From the NCBI GenBank assembly GCA_016720545.1, contig JADKKK010000003.1:537516-601515 (forward strand): a DNA stretch of 64,000 bases. The letters run 5' to 3'. The notes beneath the pieces were generated by a model that was given only the letters and a program-made list of their open reading frames with translations, was not told the origin of the DNA and ran no database searches. The stretch is from Myxococcales bacterium. GTDB lineage: Bacteria > Myxococcota_A > Polyangia > Polyangiales > Polyangiaceae. The position numbers and the translations under genes were made by a program. Shown here piece after piece: positions 9,348 through 19,905 of this stretch; the stretch's first letter is position 1; every line of letters starts with the position of its first letter.

Positions 9348-10292
9348 GTGGCCCGTGAGACGCTCGCCTTCGCGACCCCTCGAAAGCTCCCGCGGGCGAA
9401 GGACCTCGAGGGCCGCGTCGCCGTGCTCGACGTGGCCTTCGCGTCGGAGGCCTCGGGCGGCGGCTTCGACAAGATCACCCTCCCGCTGATCGAGGGCCTG
9501 GGCACCCGCCTCGCGGCCTGGATCGATCACCACGACCACGTCCTGCACGGGCGCTACGCCGCGGATCCGCGCTTCGTGCTCGCGACCAAAGCGCAGCACG
9601 GCGCCTGCCCCGAGATGCTGAGCCCCGAGCGGGTGCGCCGGCTCGGCCCGGTCGACACGATCGTGTGCCACACCGACTTCGACGGGCTCGCGAGCGCGGC
9701 GAAGTGGATGCTCGGCGGCGAGGAGCCGTACCCCGGCTGCGACGACGACGCGCGGGCCATCGACACGCGCATCGGCGCGCCGAGCCCCATCGCCGCGCGA
9801 GTCGACCGGGCCCTCCGCGCGCGTGGGCGCGATCCGGCGCTGTTCGGCGCCGTCGTGCGCCTGTTGGTCTCGCGCCTCGCCGACGCCGCGCTCTGGGAGC
9901 CCATCGACCGCGCGGGCGCGGAGCTCGTCGTCATCGAGCGGGCCACGCGCCGAATCGCGGAGGGCTACGCGCGCGTCGAGCTGCGCAAGTGCCCCTTCCC
10001 CCGCGTCACCACGCTCGCCTACCTCGACGCGACCGGCGCGACCGCGCGCGGCGAACGCTACGACCGCACTCAGCTCTTGCTGCTCGGCCAGGAGCGCGCG
10101 AGCGTCGCGTTGCTCGTCGACCGCGACAACCTCACGCTCGCCGCGCCGTTCGACAGCGGGGTTAACTTCCTGAAACTACTAGGTCTTTCCGGCGGGATGC
10201 CGACCCTCGTCTCCGTGCCCAAGGCGCGCCTCGGTGAGGCGCTGGCGGGGCTCGGCGTGGGCGCCGACGACGCCTCCCGCCTCGTCGGCTGA
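9348..10292 (+). CDS. hypothetical protein with DHH-phosphoesterase-like motifs
   Basis: GTG-initiated 314-aa ORF. Motifs AWIDHHDH and CHTDFDGLASAAKW resemble DHH-family motifs, but the order is atypical. No confident family assignment. Confidence 0.5.
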   Translation: MARETLAFATPRKLPRAKDLEGRVAVLDVAFASEASGGGFDKITLPLIEGLGTRLAAWIDHHDHVLHGRYAADPRFVLATKAQHGACPEMLSPERVRRLGPVDTIVCHTDFDGLASAAKWMLGGEEPYPGCDDDARAIDTRIGAPSPIAARVDRALRARGRDPALFGAVVRLLVSRLADAALWEPIDRAGAELVVIERATRRIAEGYARVELRKCPFPRVTTLAYLDATGATARGERYDRTQLLLLGQERASVALLVDRDNLTLAAPFDSGVNFLKLLGLSGGMPTLVSVPKARLGEALAGLGVGADDASRLVG

Positions 10293-10347
10293 TGACCGCG
10301 ACCACGTCACTCCGGCCGCGCGCGCGAAGGCGAGGCAGCGCCGGGCG

Positions 10348-11757
10348 TCAGAGCGGTCTGCCGAGGGCGGCGAGCTCTTCGTAGAGGTACACGTTCGCGG
10401 CCACGGTCTTGCGGTACACGCCGAGGTGCATCGACTCGTTCGGCCCGTGCGCGCCGGTCTCGGGGTCGATGACCCCGTTCAGGATGAGCGGGAGGGTGGA
10501 GAAGCGCTCGCCGAAGAGCGCGACGAACGGGATCGAGCCGCCGATGCCGATGCGGAGCGGGGCGCGCCCCCACGCCTTCGTGTACGCGCGATCGGCCGCG
10601 TCGAACGCGCGCCCCTCGGCGACGTAGTCCCACGAGGCCGACGCCGCGGGCAGACGGCGGACCTCCACGGCGAGGCCACCCGGCACGTCGCGCCCGAGCT
10701 CCGCCGACACGAGCGCGAGGAGCTCGTCGCCGGTCTGGCCAGGCGCGACGCGCAAGCTGAGCTTGGCCGACGCGCGGGCGCGGATGGCGTTCTTCTCGGT
10801 GCCCGGCGCGGGGAACGTGGTCGAGAGCACGGTCACCGCGGGCTGGCGCCACGCCCACGCCGCGGGGCTGAGGCCCTTCGCCGGGAGCGGCTCGACGCCC
10901 TCGCGGAGGCGCGCGCCGACCCGGATGACCTCCGGCGTGAGCGGCACGTCCCACGAGCTGGCGAGCCAGCCGGGCTCGATGTCCTTCCGACCGAAGCGCA
11001 GGCGGCCGTCCTCGTCGACCAGGCGAGCGAGCAGCGCGACGAGCGTCACCGCGGGGTCGGGCACGATGTTGCCCCAGAGCCCCGAGTGCACGTCGCTCTT
11101 TGCGCTGGCGAGCTCCACCTCGACCTCCAGCAGACCCCGGAGGCTCACGGTGATCCCCGGGAGGTCGAGGCTGGGGTTCTCGCAGTCGGTGAGGACCATC
11201 GCGTCGGCCCCGAAGGCGTCGGGGTAGGCGTCCATGAAGCGCGCGAGGTTCGGGCTCCCGATCTCCTCCTCGCCCTCGATGAGGAGCTTGACGTTGCAGG
11301 GGAGCGCGCCGGTCTCGCCGAGCCACGCCTCCATCGCGAGCAGGTGGCTTAGCCAGCCGCCCATGTCGTCGGCCGAGCCACGCCCGTAGAGGCGATCGCC
11401 CTTGCGCACGAGGGTGTGAGGGGGCGTGTCCCACGCCTCGCCCGCGACAGGCTGCACGTCGAAGTGCCCGTACACGAGGATCGTCGGCTTGCTGGGTCCG
11501 GCGCCCATCCACTCCGCGGCGACGCAGGGGAGCGCGTCGGGGAGCTCGAGCACCCTCGCGCGGCTCATGCCGAGGGCGCCGAGGTCGGCCACGAGCACAC
11601 GCGCCAGCTCGAGCACGTGCGGGGCACGCGACGGATCGCTCGAGATGGGCGCGAACGACAGATAGCGGTCGAGCCGAGAGAGCGAGCCCTCGACGGCCTG
11701 CTCGGCGCGCGCGGCGACGCGGACCGCGGGGGATTCGTGGGCGGGGGTCGTGCTCAT
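10348..11757 (-). CDS. M20 family metallopeptidase (dipeptidase/ArgE-DapE-like)
   Basis: GHFDVQPV...GRGSADDMGG...LLIEGEEEIGS are M20 zinc-ligand and catalytic motifs. The track ORF start at 12195 is trimmed to the ATG at 11757 (MSTTPAHE), because the upstream extension is Arg/Pro junk overlapping pdxH. Confidence 0.8.
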   Translation of the reverse strand: MSTTPAHESPAVRVAARAEQAVEGSLSRLDRYLSFAPISSDPSRAPHVLELARVLVADLGALGMSRARVLELPDALPCVAAEWMGAGPSKPTILVYGHFDVQPVAGEAWDTPPHTLVRKGDRLYGRGSADDMGGWLSHLLAMEAWLGETGALPCNVKLLIEGEEEIGSPNLARFMDAYPDAFGADAMVLTDCENPSLDLPGITVSLRGLLEVEVELASAKSDVHSGLWGNIVPDPAVTLVALLARLVDEDGRLRFGRKDIEPGWLASSWDVPLTPEVIRVGARLREGVEPLPAKGLSPAAWAWRQPAVTVLSTTFPAPGTEKNAIRARASAKLSLRVAPGQTGDELLALVSAELGRDVPGGLAVEVRRLPAASASWDYVAEGRAFDAADRAYTKAWGRAPLRIGIGGSIPFVALFGERFSTLPLILNGVIDPETGAHGPNESMHLGVYRKTVAANVYLYEELAALGRPL

Positions 11758-11828
11758 GGTTCGCCGCGTAGCACATCGAGCGACGCCGGGCCTCGCTCGA
11801 TCGCGTCTCAGGTCTGGCGACGAACCGC

Positions 11829-12539
11829 TCAGGGGGAGAGGCGCACGCGGGTCCACGCGCCGTCGGGGCCGCGGGTGTAGCGCACGCGGTCGTGGAGGCG
11901 GCTCGCGCGGCCCTGCCACAGCTCGACCTGCGTGGGCACGACGCGGAAGCCGCCCCAGCCGTCGGGGAGCGGCACCGGTCCGCCCTCGAAGCGCGCCGTC
12001 ACCTCGGCCATCTTGGCCTCGAGCTCGTCGCGCGACGCCAGCACGGCGCTCTGCCGTGACGCCCAGGCGCCGAGCTGGCTCTGGCGCGGGCGCGTGCGGA
12101 AGTACTCCCCCGACTCCTCCCGCGACACGCGCTCGGCGCGCCCCCTCACGCGGACCTGGCGCATCGCCCCGAGCCAGTCGAACACGAGGGCGCACGCCGG
12201 GTCGCGCGCGAGCTCACGCGCCTTGCCGCTCTCGTAGCTGGTATAGAAGACAAATCCCCTTTCATCTCGTGCTTTTAGCAGCACGATCCGGGCCTCGGGG
12301 CCGGCCTCTCCCAGGGTGGCGAGGGTCATCGCGTTGGGCTCGGGGAGGCCCGCCGCGAGGGCCTCGCCGAGCCACACGTCGAACGCGACGAGCGGGCACT
12401 CCGGCAGGGTCGCGGGGTCGATGCCGTGATCGCCGTACTCTTCCCGCAGCGCCGCGAGGGCGACGGGATCCACGCGCGTCGACGAGGGCGTCGAGGGCGA
12501 GGGCGAGGGCGAGGGCGAGGGGCGCGACGAGGGCGGCAT
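11829..12539 (-). CDS. pdxH: pyridoxamine 5'-phosphate oxidase
   Basis: RIVLLKARDERGFVFYTSYESGKARELARDPACALVFDW..RQVRVRG..ESGEYFRTRPRQSQLGAWASRQS...GWGGFRVVPTQVELWQGRASRLHDRVRY aligns along its full length to PdxH. There is an N-terminal (SP)6 extension. ATG at 12539; 12581 or 12620 are possible alternatives. Confidence 0.85.
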   Translation of the reverse strand: MPPSSRPSPSPSPSPSTPSSTRVDPVALAALREEYGDHGIDPATLPECPLVAFDVWLGEALAAGLPEPNAMTLATLGEAGPEARIVLLKARDERGFVFYTSYESGKARELARDPACALVFDWLGAMRQVRVRGRAERVSREESGEYFRTRPRQSQLGAWASRQSAVLASRDELEAKMAEVTARFEGGPVPLPDGWGGFRVVPTQVELWQGRASRLHDRVRYTRGPDGAWTRVRLSP

Positions 12540-12618
12540 CCGCGCGAGGTTACCAGCGGCGGAGCTTCGGGTAGGATGCATTCCGAGGGGTCCGCTGGGG
12601 CCCTTGCGGGAGCGCACC

Positions 12619-14604
12619 ATGACCCACTCGGCGGACACCCCCCCACGCAGCGAGCCGCAAGCGGGCGGCGCGAGCCTCGCGCCCATCGACCCGCCGCGCC
12701 TCTACGACGAGATGAACCGCCTCGCCGAGCGGCTGCTCGAGCTGCCCCACGGCGCGAAGGCCGGGCGCCCGCACCCGCTGCTCGTGTCGCTGCTCCGCGA
12801 CGGGGCGATGGTCGTGTACGTGCCCGCCCGCGTGTGGGACGACGCGCGCTCGCTCGTCGCGCCGTTCGCGCAGCGGTGCGCCGAGGGCACCGCGCTCCTC
12901 GTGCTCGTCGGGCGGCCCCGCTTGCGCGACTACACGCGGGCGAGCGGCCTCGGCATCTCCACGGTGCTCCCCGAAGACGCCTGCCGCGAGGAGCTGGAGA
13001 TCGCGACTGACCGCGCGTTCGAACTGCTCGAGGCGAAGGGCCACGCCGAGAGCCGCGCCGCCTCTCTGTCGCGCTTTCGCTTCGAGACCGACGAGCTCGT
13101 CGACATCGCGCGGGCCATGACCACCGAGCGCGACGTCGACAAGCTGCTCGGTCTCATCCTGCAGAAGAGCCGCTTCGTCACCGGCGCCGACGCGGGCAGC
13201 ATCTACGTCGTGGAGAACGAGGGGGAGACCCTCCGCTTCAAGCTCTCTCAGAACGACAGCATCTCGTTCGACTCGCGCGAGTTCACGATGCCCCTCTCGA
13301 ACCGCTCCATCGCGGGCGCCGCGGCCGTCGAGAAGCGCGCGATCATGATCGAGGACGTGTACGCGCTGCCCCCGTCGTCCACGTTCGCCTTCGACCGCCG
13401 CTTCGACGAGAAGATCGGGTACCGCACGAAGAGCATGATGACCGTGCCGCTCATCTCGCAGCGCGGCGAGGTGCTGGGGGTCATCCAGCTCATCAACAAG
13501 AAGCGCGATCCCCGGGCGAAGGTCGTGGGCGACGACGCCGTGGCGCTCCAGGTGGTGCCCTTCGACGAGCGCAGCGCCGAGCTGCTCGGGCTCGTGGCCG
13601 CGCAGGCGGGCATCTCGCTCGAGACGGCCACGCTCTACCAGGAGATCCAGGCGCTGTTCGAGGGGTTCGTGGGCGCGAGCGTCGAGGCCATCGAGTCGCG
13701 CGATCCGACCACCAGCGGTCACTCGCGTCGCGTCGCGAACCTCACCGTGGCGCTCGCCAAGGCGGTCGACCGCACGGCGAGCGGCCCCTACGCCGCGGCG
13801 ACCTTCGGCCGGGAAGACCTCCGCGAGCTCGAGTACGCCAGTTTACTTCATGATTTCGGAAAGATAGGGGTACGCGAGAGCGTGCTCGTGAAGGCGAAGA
13901 AGCTCTTCGACGAGCGACTCGAGCTCATCCGCGCGCGCTTCGATTTCGTGGCGCGCTCCATCGAGACCGACATCCTCTCGCGCAAGCTGCAGGCGGTGGA
14001 GCGCCAGGCCCCGCTGTCGGAGCTGCGGGCGCTCGACGACGAGCTCACCCGGCGGATCCGCGCGCTCGACGAGTCGATGCAGACCATCCTCGCCGCGAAC
14101 GAGCCCACCGTGCTCGCGGCGGGCGACTTCGCGAAGATCGAGGCGCTCGCGAAAGAGTGGTACCTCGACCTCCGGGGTGAGACCCGCCTCTTGCTCGAGC
14201 CCGACGAGGTCACGGCCCTGTCGGTGAAGAAGGGCTCGCTCACCCCGGTCGAGTACGACGAGATCACCCAGCACGTGACCCACACGTTCCGCTTCCTCTC
14301 GCGCATCCCGTGGGGCAAGGCGCTGCGGCGCGTGCCGCACATCGCGGGGGCGCACCACGAGCGCGTGAACGGCACGGGGTACCCGAACCGCCTGCGCTCG
14401 GAGGAGATCCCCGTGCAGTCGAAGATGATGAGCGTCACCGACATCTTCGACGCCCTGACGGCGAGCGATCGCCCCTACAAGAAGGCCGTTCCGCTCGAGC
14501 GCGCGATCGACATCCTCGAGTACTCGGTGAAGGACGGCCACGTCGACGGCGACCTCGTGCGCATCTTCAAAGAGGCGCGCTGCTGGGAGGCGACACGGCC
14601 GTGA
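12619..14604 (+). CDS. GAF domain / HD-GYP domain protein (putative c-di-GMP phosphodiesterase)
   Basis: Central GAF-like region, then an HD-GYP domain: HSRRV..LLHDFGKIGV...HHERVNGTGYP. Divergent from pdxH. The alternative start at 12604 adds 5 aa. Confidence 0.85.
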   Translation: MTHSADTPPRSEPQAGGASLAPIDPPRLYDEMNRLAERLLELPHGAKAGRPHPLLVSLLRDGAMVVYVPARVWDDARSLVAPFAQRCAEGTALLVLVGRPRLRDYTRASGLGISTVLPEDACREELEIATDRAFELLEAKGHAESRAASLSRFRFETDELVDIARAMTTERDVDKLLGLILQKSRFVTGADAGSIYVVENEGETLRFKLSQNDSISFDSREFTMPLSNRSIAGAAAVEKRAIMIEDVYALPPSSTFAFDRRFDEKIGYRTKSMMTVPLISQRGEVLGVIQLINKKRDPRAKVVGDDAVALQVVPFDERSAELLGLVAAQAGISLETATLYQEIQALFEGFVGASVEAIESRDPTTSGHSRRVANLTVALAKAVDRTASGPYAAATFGREDLRELEYASLLHDFGKIGVRESVLVKAKKLFDERLELIRARFDFVARSIETDILSRKLQAVERQAPLSELRALDDELTRRIRALDESMQTILAANEPTVLAAGDFAKIEALAKEWYLDLRGETRLLLEPDEVTALSVKKGSLTPVEYDEITQHVTHTFRFLSRIPWGKALRRVPHIAGAHHERVNGTGYPNRLRSEEIPVQSKMMSVTDIFDALTASDRPYKKAVPLERAIDILEYSVKDGHVDGDLVRIFKEARCWEATRP

Positions 14605-15855
14605 GCCTGCTCGGAGCCGGGAGGCGCGCGGCCACCCACCTCACACGCCGAGGGTTCCTCGCGGGGTGCGCGGCGTTGGGGGCGAGCGGGGCCAGCGGGT
14701 GCACCTCCACGACGCCCAGCGACGCAGGGGACGCGGGCGACGCGGGCGAGCTCCCGCTCGACGTCTTCGTGACGGAGCAGCTCGCGCTCGCCAAGCTGCC
14801 GGGCCTCTCGGCCGCCATCGTGAAGGGCGGCAAGCTCGCGCTCCTGCGCCACTACGGCGCCGCCGATCTCGAGGCCCGCCGCGCGCCGGCGGACGACACG
14901 GCGTTCTTCCTCGCGTCGCTCTCCAAGACCACCACGGGCATCGGGGCCATGCGCCTCGTGGAGGCCGGCAAGCTCGCGCTCGACGAGGACGTGAACACGT
15001 ACCTGCCCTTCAAGGTGCGCAACCCGCGCTTCCCCGAACAGAAGATCACGACCCGCCACCTCATGACCCACACGTCGGGTGTCCACGAGACCGGCGTTCG
15101 CCTGCTCTCGCTCGCGAAGCCGGGCGATCCGACGACGTCGCTCCAGGAGCTGCTCGAGCCGTACCTCGTGCCGGGAGGCGCGACGTACGTCGCGGGCGAG
15201 AGCTACTCGCCCGAGGTGGCGCCGGGGCAGCGGTTTCTCTACTCGAACTTCGGGGCCGCCCTCGTGGGGCTCGTGATCGAGCGCGTCAGCGGGAAGCCCT
15301 TCGCGGCGTACATGCGCGACGAGGTGTTCGCGAAGCTCGGGCTCGTGAACACTGGGTTTTCTGCTGCGCGATCTCGACGCGGCGAAGATAGCTGTACCCT
15401 ACACCTACGTGACGGGCAAAGGCCAGGTCGCCGAGCCGCAGACGAGCGTGCCCTACCTGCCCGCCACAGCCCTGCGGACACCGGCGAAGGAGCTCGCGAA
15501 GCTGCTGCTCGCGGTGGCGCGCGGCGGCGAGCTCGACGGCGCGCGCGTCCTCTCCGCCGAGACCGTCCGCGAGATGACCCGCGCGCAGGTTCCGGCCGCG
15601 GAGAAGGGCAACGACATCGACGGGCAAGGCCTCTTGTGGGAGCACCGCGTGGTGGCCGGGGAGCGGTGTTACGGCCACGGGGGCAGCTACTACGGCGCGT
15701 CCACGCGCATGCACATCCGCCCCGACGGTCTCGGCGTCATCACCCTCGCGAACGGCGACGTGCACCTGCGGCTCTCGGCCACCCGCCCCGAGGAGCTCTC
15801 GGCCTACCAGGCGATCGAGGCGCGGCTCTTCGCCGAGGGCGCCCGGCTCGGATAG
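14601..15855 (+). pseudogene. beta-lactamase/transpeptidase-like serine hydrolase (class C / EstB family), frameshifted
   Basis: GTG at 14601 overlaps the HD-GYP stop (GTGA). Tat-like signal RRGFLAGCAALGA. SxxK motif FLASLSKTTTG. The frame is lost at the T4 run 15357-15360: deleting one T joins ...NTGF to LLRDLDAAKIAVPYTYVTGKGQ... (track ORF 15409-15855), and the downstream frame carries the conserved C-terminal part (HGGSYYG). Confidence 0.7.
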
Positions 15856-16047
15856 CTCGCCCTCCTCCGGGTCGTGCAGGCGATTCCCTTGGTCGCCGGC
15901 CACCGTGGGCCCTACGGCCTTCGTCTTGACCGACGAGATGCTCGGCGGGCCGGCCTACGGCGAGCGCGACCACGGCCGGCCAAAGAGCGCCGGCGCGACG
16001 CCCGAGCGTGGTCCATACACGTGCATAGTACACATGTCACCGCGACC

Positions 16048-17112
16048 TCAGGGGAGCCGCGACAGGCCAAAGAAGCGCGCCGCGCTCGCGGCCGCGCAGA
16101 CGCCCACGTCGAGCGCGTAGGTGCCGGGGGCGCCGCAGGGCGCGTCGGCCCCGCGCGTGGCCATGGGCGCGCCGTGGCCCATGCCTCGCACGAGGCCGAG
16201 CTCGACCCGCACCGTGCCGGCGGAGTCCTTGTAGGCGCGTCGGGTCACAGCGCCGAGGGTGGTCTCCTCGTCGGCCACGGCGTCGATCCCCGCGACGTGG
16301 GTCCACTGGCTGACCAGCGCGTCGGCGTTGGCGGGCTTCACGATCGGGTCCTGATCGCCGTGCCAGAGCTGCACGCGGACCCGCGCGCTCGGGGCCGCCG
16401 CCGCGCGCACGAGATCGCCCCATTGGGCCGGGGAGAGACTCTTTGGAGCGCTGGCGCACCCCGCGCCCTCGAACGCGGTCTTCGCGCAGCCGAACGGGAT
16501 CGCCGCCTGGAGGCTCGCCGCCTCGAACAGCTCCGGGTACCCCGCGAGGAGCGCGGCGGCCATCGCGCCACCCGCGGACAGGCCGGCGACGTACACGTGG
16601 TCCGCCCCGAGGCGCGCCTTGGCGTCGAGAGCTAGCGCCGCGATCGAGGCGGCCTCGCCCCTGCCCCGCGACGCGTGCTCGGGCGCGAACCACCGGAAGC
16701 AGGTCGTCGGATCGTTCGGCGCCGTCTGCTCGGGGTAGAGCGCCGCGAACCCGTACGCGCGCGCCGCGTCCGACCAGCCGCTGCTCGCCGCGTCGGACGC
16801 GCGCTGCGTGCACCCGTGCAGCACCACGACCAGGGCGCGGGCCGGGTTGCCCGCGGGCGCCTCGGCGAAGGCGACGAGCCCGCCAGGGTTCTCCGGTGGC
16901 GACGCGTACGCGCGCAGCGAGAAGCCCGGCAGGGGCCCGCCGTCAGCCGGCGGCTCGGGCACGGCCGCGTCGACGGGCGTCACGGGTCCCCCGTCGACCG
17001 GCGGGGCGGGCGCCACGGGCCCCGCGTCCCCCGAGGTGGTCGAGGAGCTGCACGCGAGCGGCCCGAGCGAGGTGGTCACGGCGAGGGCGACGAGGGCGGC
17101 AGCGCGCTTCAT
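16048..17112 (-). CDS. PHB-depolymerase-family esterase (LpqC-like), lipoprotein
   Basis: Signal MKRAAALVALAVTTSLGPLACSSS. VVVLHGCTQRASD and GLSAGGAMAA (GxSxG) are typical of the esterase_PHB family. The start is trimmed from 17313 to the ATG at 17112. Confidence 0.75.
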   Translation of the reverse strand: MKRAAALVALAVTTSLGPLACSSSTTSGDAGPVAPAPPVDGGPVTPVDAAVPEPPADGGPLPGFSLRAYASPPENPGGLVAFAEAPAGNPARALVVVLHGCTQRASDAASSGWSDAARAYGFAALYPEQTAPNDPTTCFRWFAPEHASRGRGEAASIAALALDAKARLGADHVYVAGLSAGGAMAAALLAGYPELFEAASLQAAIPFGCAKTAFEGAGCASAPKSLSPAQWGDLVRAAAAPSARVRVQLWHGDQDPIVKPANADALVSQWTHVAGIDAVADEETTLGAVTRRAYKDSAGTVRVELGLVRGMGHGAPMATRGADAPCGAPGTYALDVGVCAAASAARFFGLSRLP

Positions 17113-17584
17113 GGCCGGCACCCTGCCACCGTTTGCACCGTGCTGCAACGCAACACGCCACGCCGAAGCCGTGTGTGAGAGGCGTTGGAAGCCGATGGAT
17201 CTGGATGCTGCGTCGCAACATGGCGCCCGCCCGGGGGATGCAGGTACTCCATCTCGTCGTCGCTCCACATGCTGGACGTCGAGCTCGGCTGGGAGTGGAC
17301 GCTCGTGAGGCACCTCTTCCTGCGCGCCGCGGTGGGCGGCGGTTCACGCTGGGCTCGTCGACGAACATCGCTCCCGAGTTCGCGCGCGCGCGCGCCGCGC
17401 CTCACGGCGGCCTTCGCGAAGGCAGGCGAGACCTACCTCGACGACACGTACCGCTCGTACGTGTTCACACCCGTGGTGTAGGCCTGGCTCGGCTACGCGT
17501 TCTAGATTCACGCCCCGCCGCTGATTTGCTCCCCGCCGACGCGCGCGGCACGGCGACGCGCAACTCTGCTATTTCCACCGGTGC

Positions 17585-19084
17585 GTGGAAGACCTCCCCG
17601 ACACCGCCTACCGACGCACCCTCGATCGCTACGCGCTCTACGGCGAGATCGCGGCCGGGGGGATGGCGCGCGTCCATTTCGGGCGAGTGCTCGGCGCGCA
17701 GAGCGTGCCGCGCGTGGTCGCCATCAAGTGCCTCCTGCCCGAGCTCGCGGTCGACCCCACCTTCGTCCGCATGTTCCTCGCCGAGGGCCGGCTCGCGTCG
17801 CGCGTTCGGCACCCGAACGTCGTCGCGACCCACGACGTCGTGTCGCTGCCCGCCGGCGCGGAGGGCTCGCCCGGCCAGCTCTTCCACGTCATGGAGTACG
17901 TGGCGGGTGACTCGCTGTCGCGGCTGGTGCGCAAGTCGCGCGAGCGCGGCGTCCCGGTGCCACCGCGCGTCGCGGTGAGCGTCGCGTGTGGCCTGCTCGA
18001 GGGGCTGCACGCGGCCCACGAGGCGAAGAGCGAGACCGGCGAGCCGCTCGGCCTCGTGCACCGCGACGTCTCGCCGCAGAACGTGATGGTCGGCGTCGAT
18101 GGCCTCGCGCGCGTGCTCGACTTCGGCGTCGCCACGGCGACCCACCTCGTGGACGAGGCGCCCGACCAGATCAAGGGCAAGGTCGGCTACATGGCGCCCG
18201 AGCAGCTCGCGCACGAGGGGGTCGATCGGCGGACCGACCTGTACGCCGCCGCCGTGGTGCTGTGGGAGACGCTCACGGGTCGACGCCTCTTCAAGGCCGA
18301 CAACCTCTCCGCCCTCATCGTGAAGGTGATGGCCGATCCGGTGGAGGTACCCAGCACCTACGCAGACGGAATCCCTAGCGATATCGACATGATACTCATG
18401 AAGGCGCTCTCGCGCGACGTGCGCGATCGGTGGACGACCGCGCGCGAGCTCGCGGTGTTGCTGGAGGGCGCGCTGCCGCCGGCGCCGGCGCGCGACGTGG
18501 GCGCGTGGGTCGAGGAGGTCGGCGGAGACCGCCTGCGGTACCGGGCCGAGGTCGTCGCGGCGATCGAGGCGCAGTCGATCGCCCACCTGAAGGTGCCGAG
18601 CGCGGCGCGCTCGCTCGGGCGCATCACGGTCGAGAGCGCGAGCTCCGATCTGACCGGCCTCGACGCGGACGCGCTGCCGGGCGCCGTCGAGCAGGCGCTC
18701 GCCAGCGATCCGCAGATCAAGGCCGTCATGCTGCGCCGCTCGCAGCCGCTCTTCGGGGCCGAGCCGTCGACGTCCAGGCTCCCTCAGCTTCAGGCCGGGC
18801 GCGCGAATCCCTGCGCGCCGGAGCGCGGGCAAGAGCCGCCGCCCGGGGCGCAAGCGACTCTTGGGGCCGCGCCCGTCGCGCCCGTCGCGCCCGTCGCGCC
18901 CGCGCCGTTCGCGCCGGTCGTGGACACCCCCGCTCCGACCCCACCGCGACCGCAGCCCGCGCGCGCTGCCAAGCGTGGCCTGAGCAGCGGCGCGCGCTCG
19001 GCGCTCCTCGCCCTCGGGGTGCTCGTGCTCATCGTGTGCGCGGCCTACGCGGGGCTCACCCTCGGCAGGATCGATCCGCCGTAG
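17585..19084 (+). CDS. Hanks-type serine/threonine protein kinase with C-terminal TM anchor
   Basis: GEIAAGGMARVHFG..VAIKCL, HRDVSPQNVMV, DFGVA and APEQ motifs. A Pro/Ala-rich linker, then a TM segment ALLALGVLVLIVCAAYAGL. GTG start. Confidence 0.85.
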   Translation: MEDLPDTAYRRTLDRYALYGEIAAGGMARVHFGRVLGAQSVPRVVAIKCLLPELAVDPTFVRMFLAEGRLASRVRHPNVVATHDVVSLPAGAEGSPGQLFHVMEYVAGDSLSRLVRKSRERGVPVPPRVAVSVACGLLEGLHAAHEAKSETGEPLGLVHRDVSPQNVMVGVDGLARVLDFGVATATHLVDEAPDQIKGKVGYMAPEQLAHEGVDRRTDLYAAAVVLWETLTGRRLFKADNLSALIVKVMADPVEVPSTYADGIPSDIDMILMKALSRDVRDRWTTARELAVLLEGALPPAPARDVGAWVEEVGGDRLRYRAEVVAAIEAQSIAHLKVPSAARSLGRITVESASSDLTGLDADALPGAVEQALASDPQIKAVMLRRSQPLFGAEPSTSRLPQLQAGRANPCAPERGQEPPPGAQATLGAAPVAPVAPVAPAPFAPVVDTPAPTPPRPQPARAAKRGLSSGARSALLALGVLVLIVCAAYAGLTLGRIDPP

Positions 19085-19121
19085 CGCGCGCGGACTCGGG
19101 CTCGCCGCCCGATCCTGCGGA

Positions 19122-19817
19122 TCAGCTGCCCCGCGCGCCCGGCAGGGGGCACGACTCTCGGCCGGTCTTCTCGTCGTACTGCTGGTGGTAGTCCTCCGCC
19201 TTCCAGAAGACCTTGAGCGGCGCGAGCTCGGTGGTGATGGGGCGGGGGCGGCGGGTCTGCTCGGCCGCCATCGACGCCCGCGCGGCCGCGTCCTGCGCCG
19301 CCGAAAACGTGTAGATTGCACTCCTGTATTGGTCGCCCACGTCGGGCCCCTGGCGGTTCTTCGTCGTGGGGTCGTGCGAGCTCCAGAAGGTCTCGAGCAG
19401 CTTGAGGTAGGTGACCTGGCCGGGGTCGAACTCCACGAGGACGACCTCGGCGTGGCCGGTGCCGTGCGCGCACACCGTCTCGTAGGTAGGGGCCTCGGTG
19501 TGGCCGCCCGCGTAGCCGACCGCGGTCGCGACCACGCCCGGGACACGGCGGAAAGTGTTCTCCGAGCCCCAGAAGCAGCCCTCGGCGAAGGCGGCGAGCT
19601 CGTGGCCAGGCGCGGGAGAGAGCGGCGTGCCGCGCCCCGCGTGCCCCGGATCGGCGCCGATCTTGGGCACAGTCTTCGCCGCCACGCCTAGCGCGAGGGT
19701 CGCGTCGGCGGGTGCCGTGGTCGCGCCGCCGCGGCATCCCGCCAGGGTCGCCAGCGCGGCGACGGCGACGGCAGAGGTGAACGCGGAGGTGAGGATTCCA
19801 GGGATGATCGCGCGCAT
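19122..19817 (-). CDS. msrA: peptide methionine sulfoxide reductase MsrA, lipoprotein
   Basis: Motifs AAFAEGCFWGSE...AEVVLVEFDP..YHQQY. Signal MRAIIPGILTSAFTSAVAVAALATLAGC. ATG at 19817. Confidence 0.85.
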   Translation of the reverse strand: MRAIIPGILTSAFTSAVAVAALATLAGCRGGATTAPADATLALGVAAKTVPKIGADPGHAGRGTPLSPAPGHELAAFAEGCFWGSENTFRRVPGVVATAVGYAGGHTEAPTYETVCAHGTGHAEVVLVEFDPGQVTYLKLLETFWSSHDPTTKNRQGPDVGDQYRSAIYTFSAAQDAAARASMAAEQTRRPRPITTELAPLKVFWKAEDYHQQYDEKTGRESCPLPGARGS

Positions 19818-19905
19818 GCTCACCCCTACGCGTGGCGCGTGGCGCGGTATCGCGGCGCGACGCCGCGAGGCCACGACACCGAGGGCCGTGTAGAGTCAGC
19901 GCGAG

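Noticed and set aside
10307-12195. ORF 10307-11776 (-), and the 12195 start of the M20 peptidase ORF.
   Set aside because: Alternative-frame junk. The peptidase extension overlaps pdxH and is Arg/Pro-rich.
12426-13722. ORFs 12426-13010 (+) and 12550-13722 (-), overlapping pdxH and the GAF-HD-GYP gene.
   Set aside because: Alternative-frame junk.
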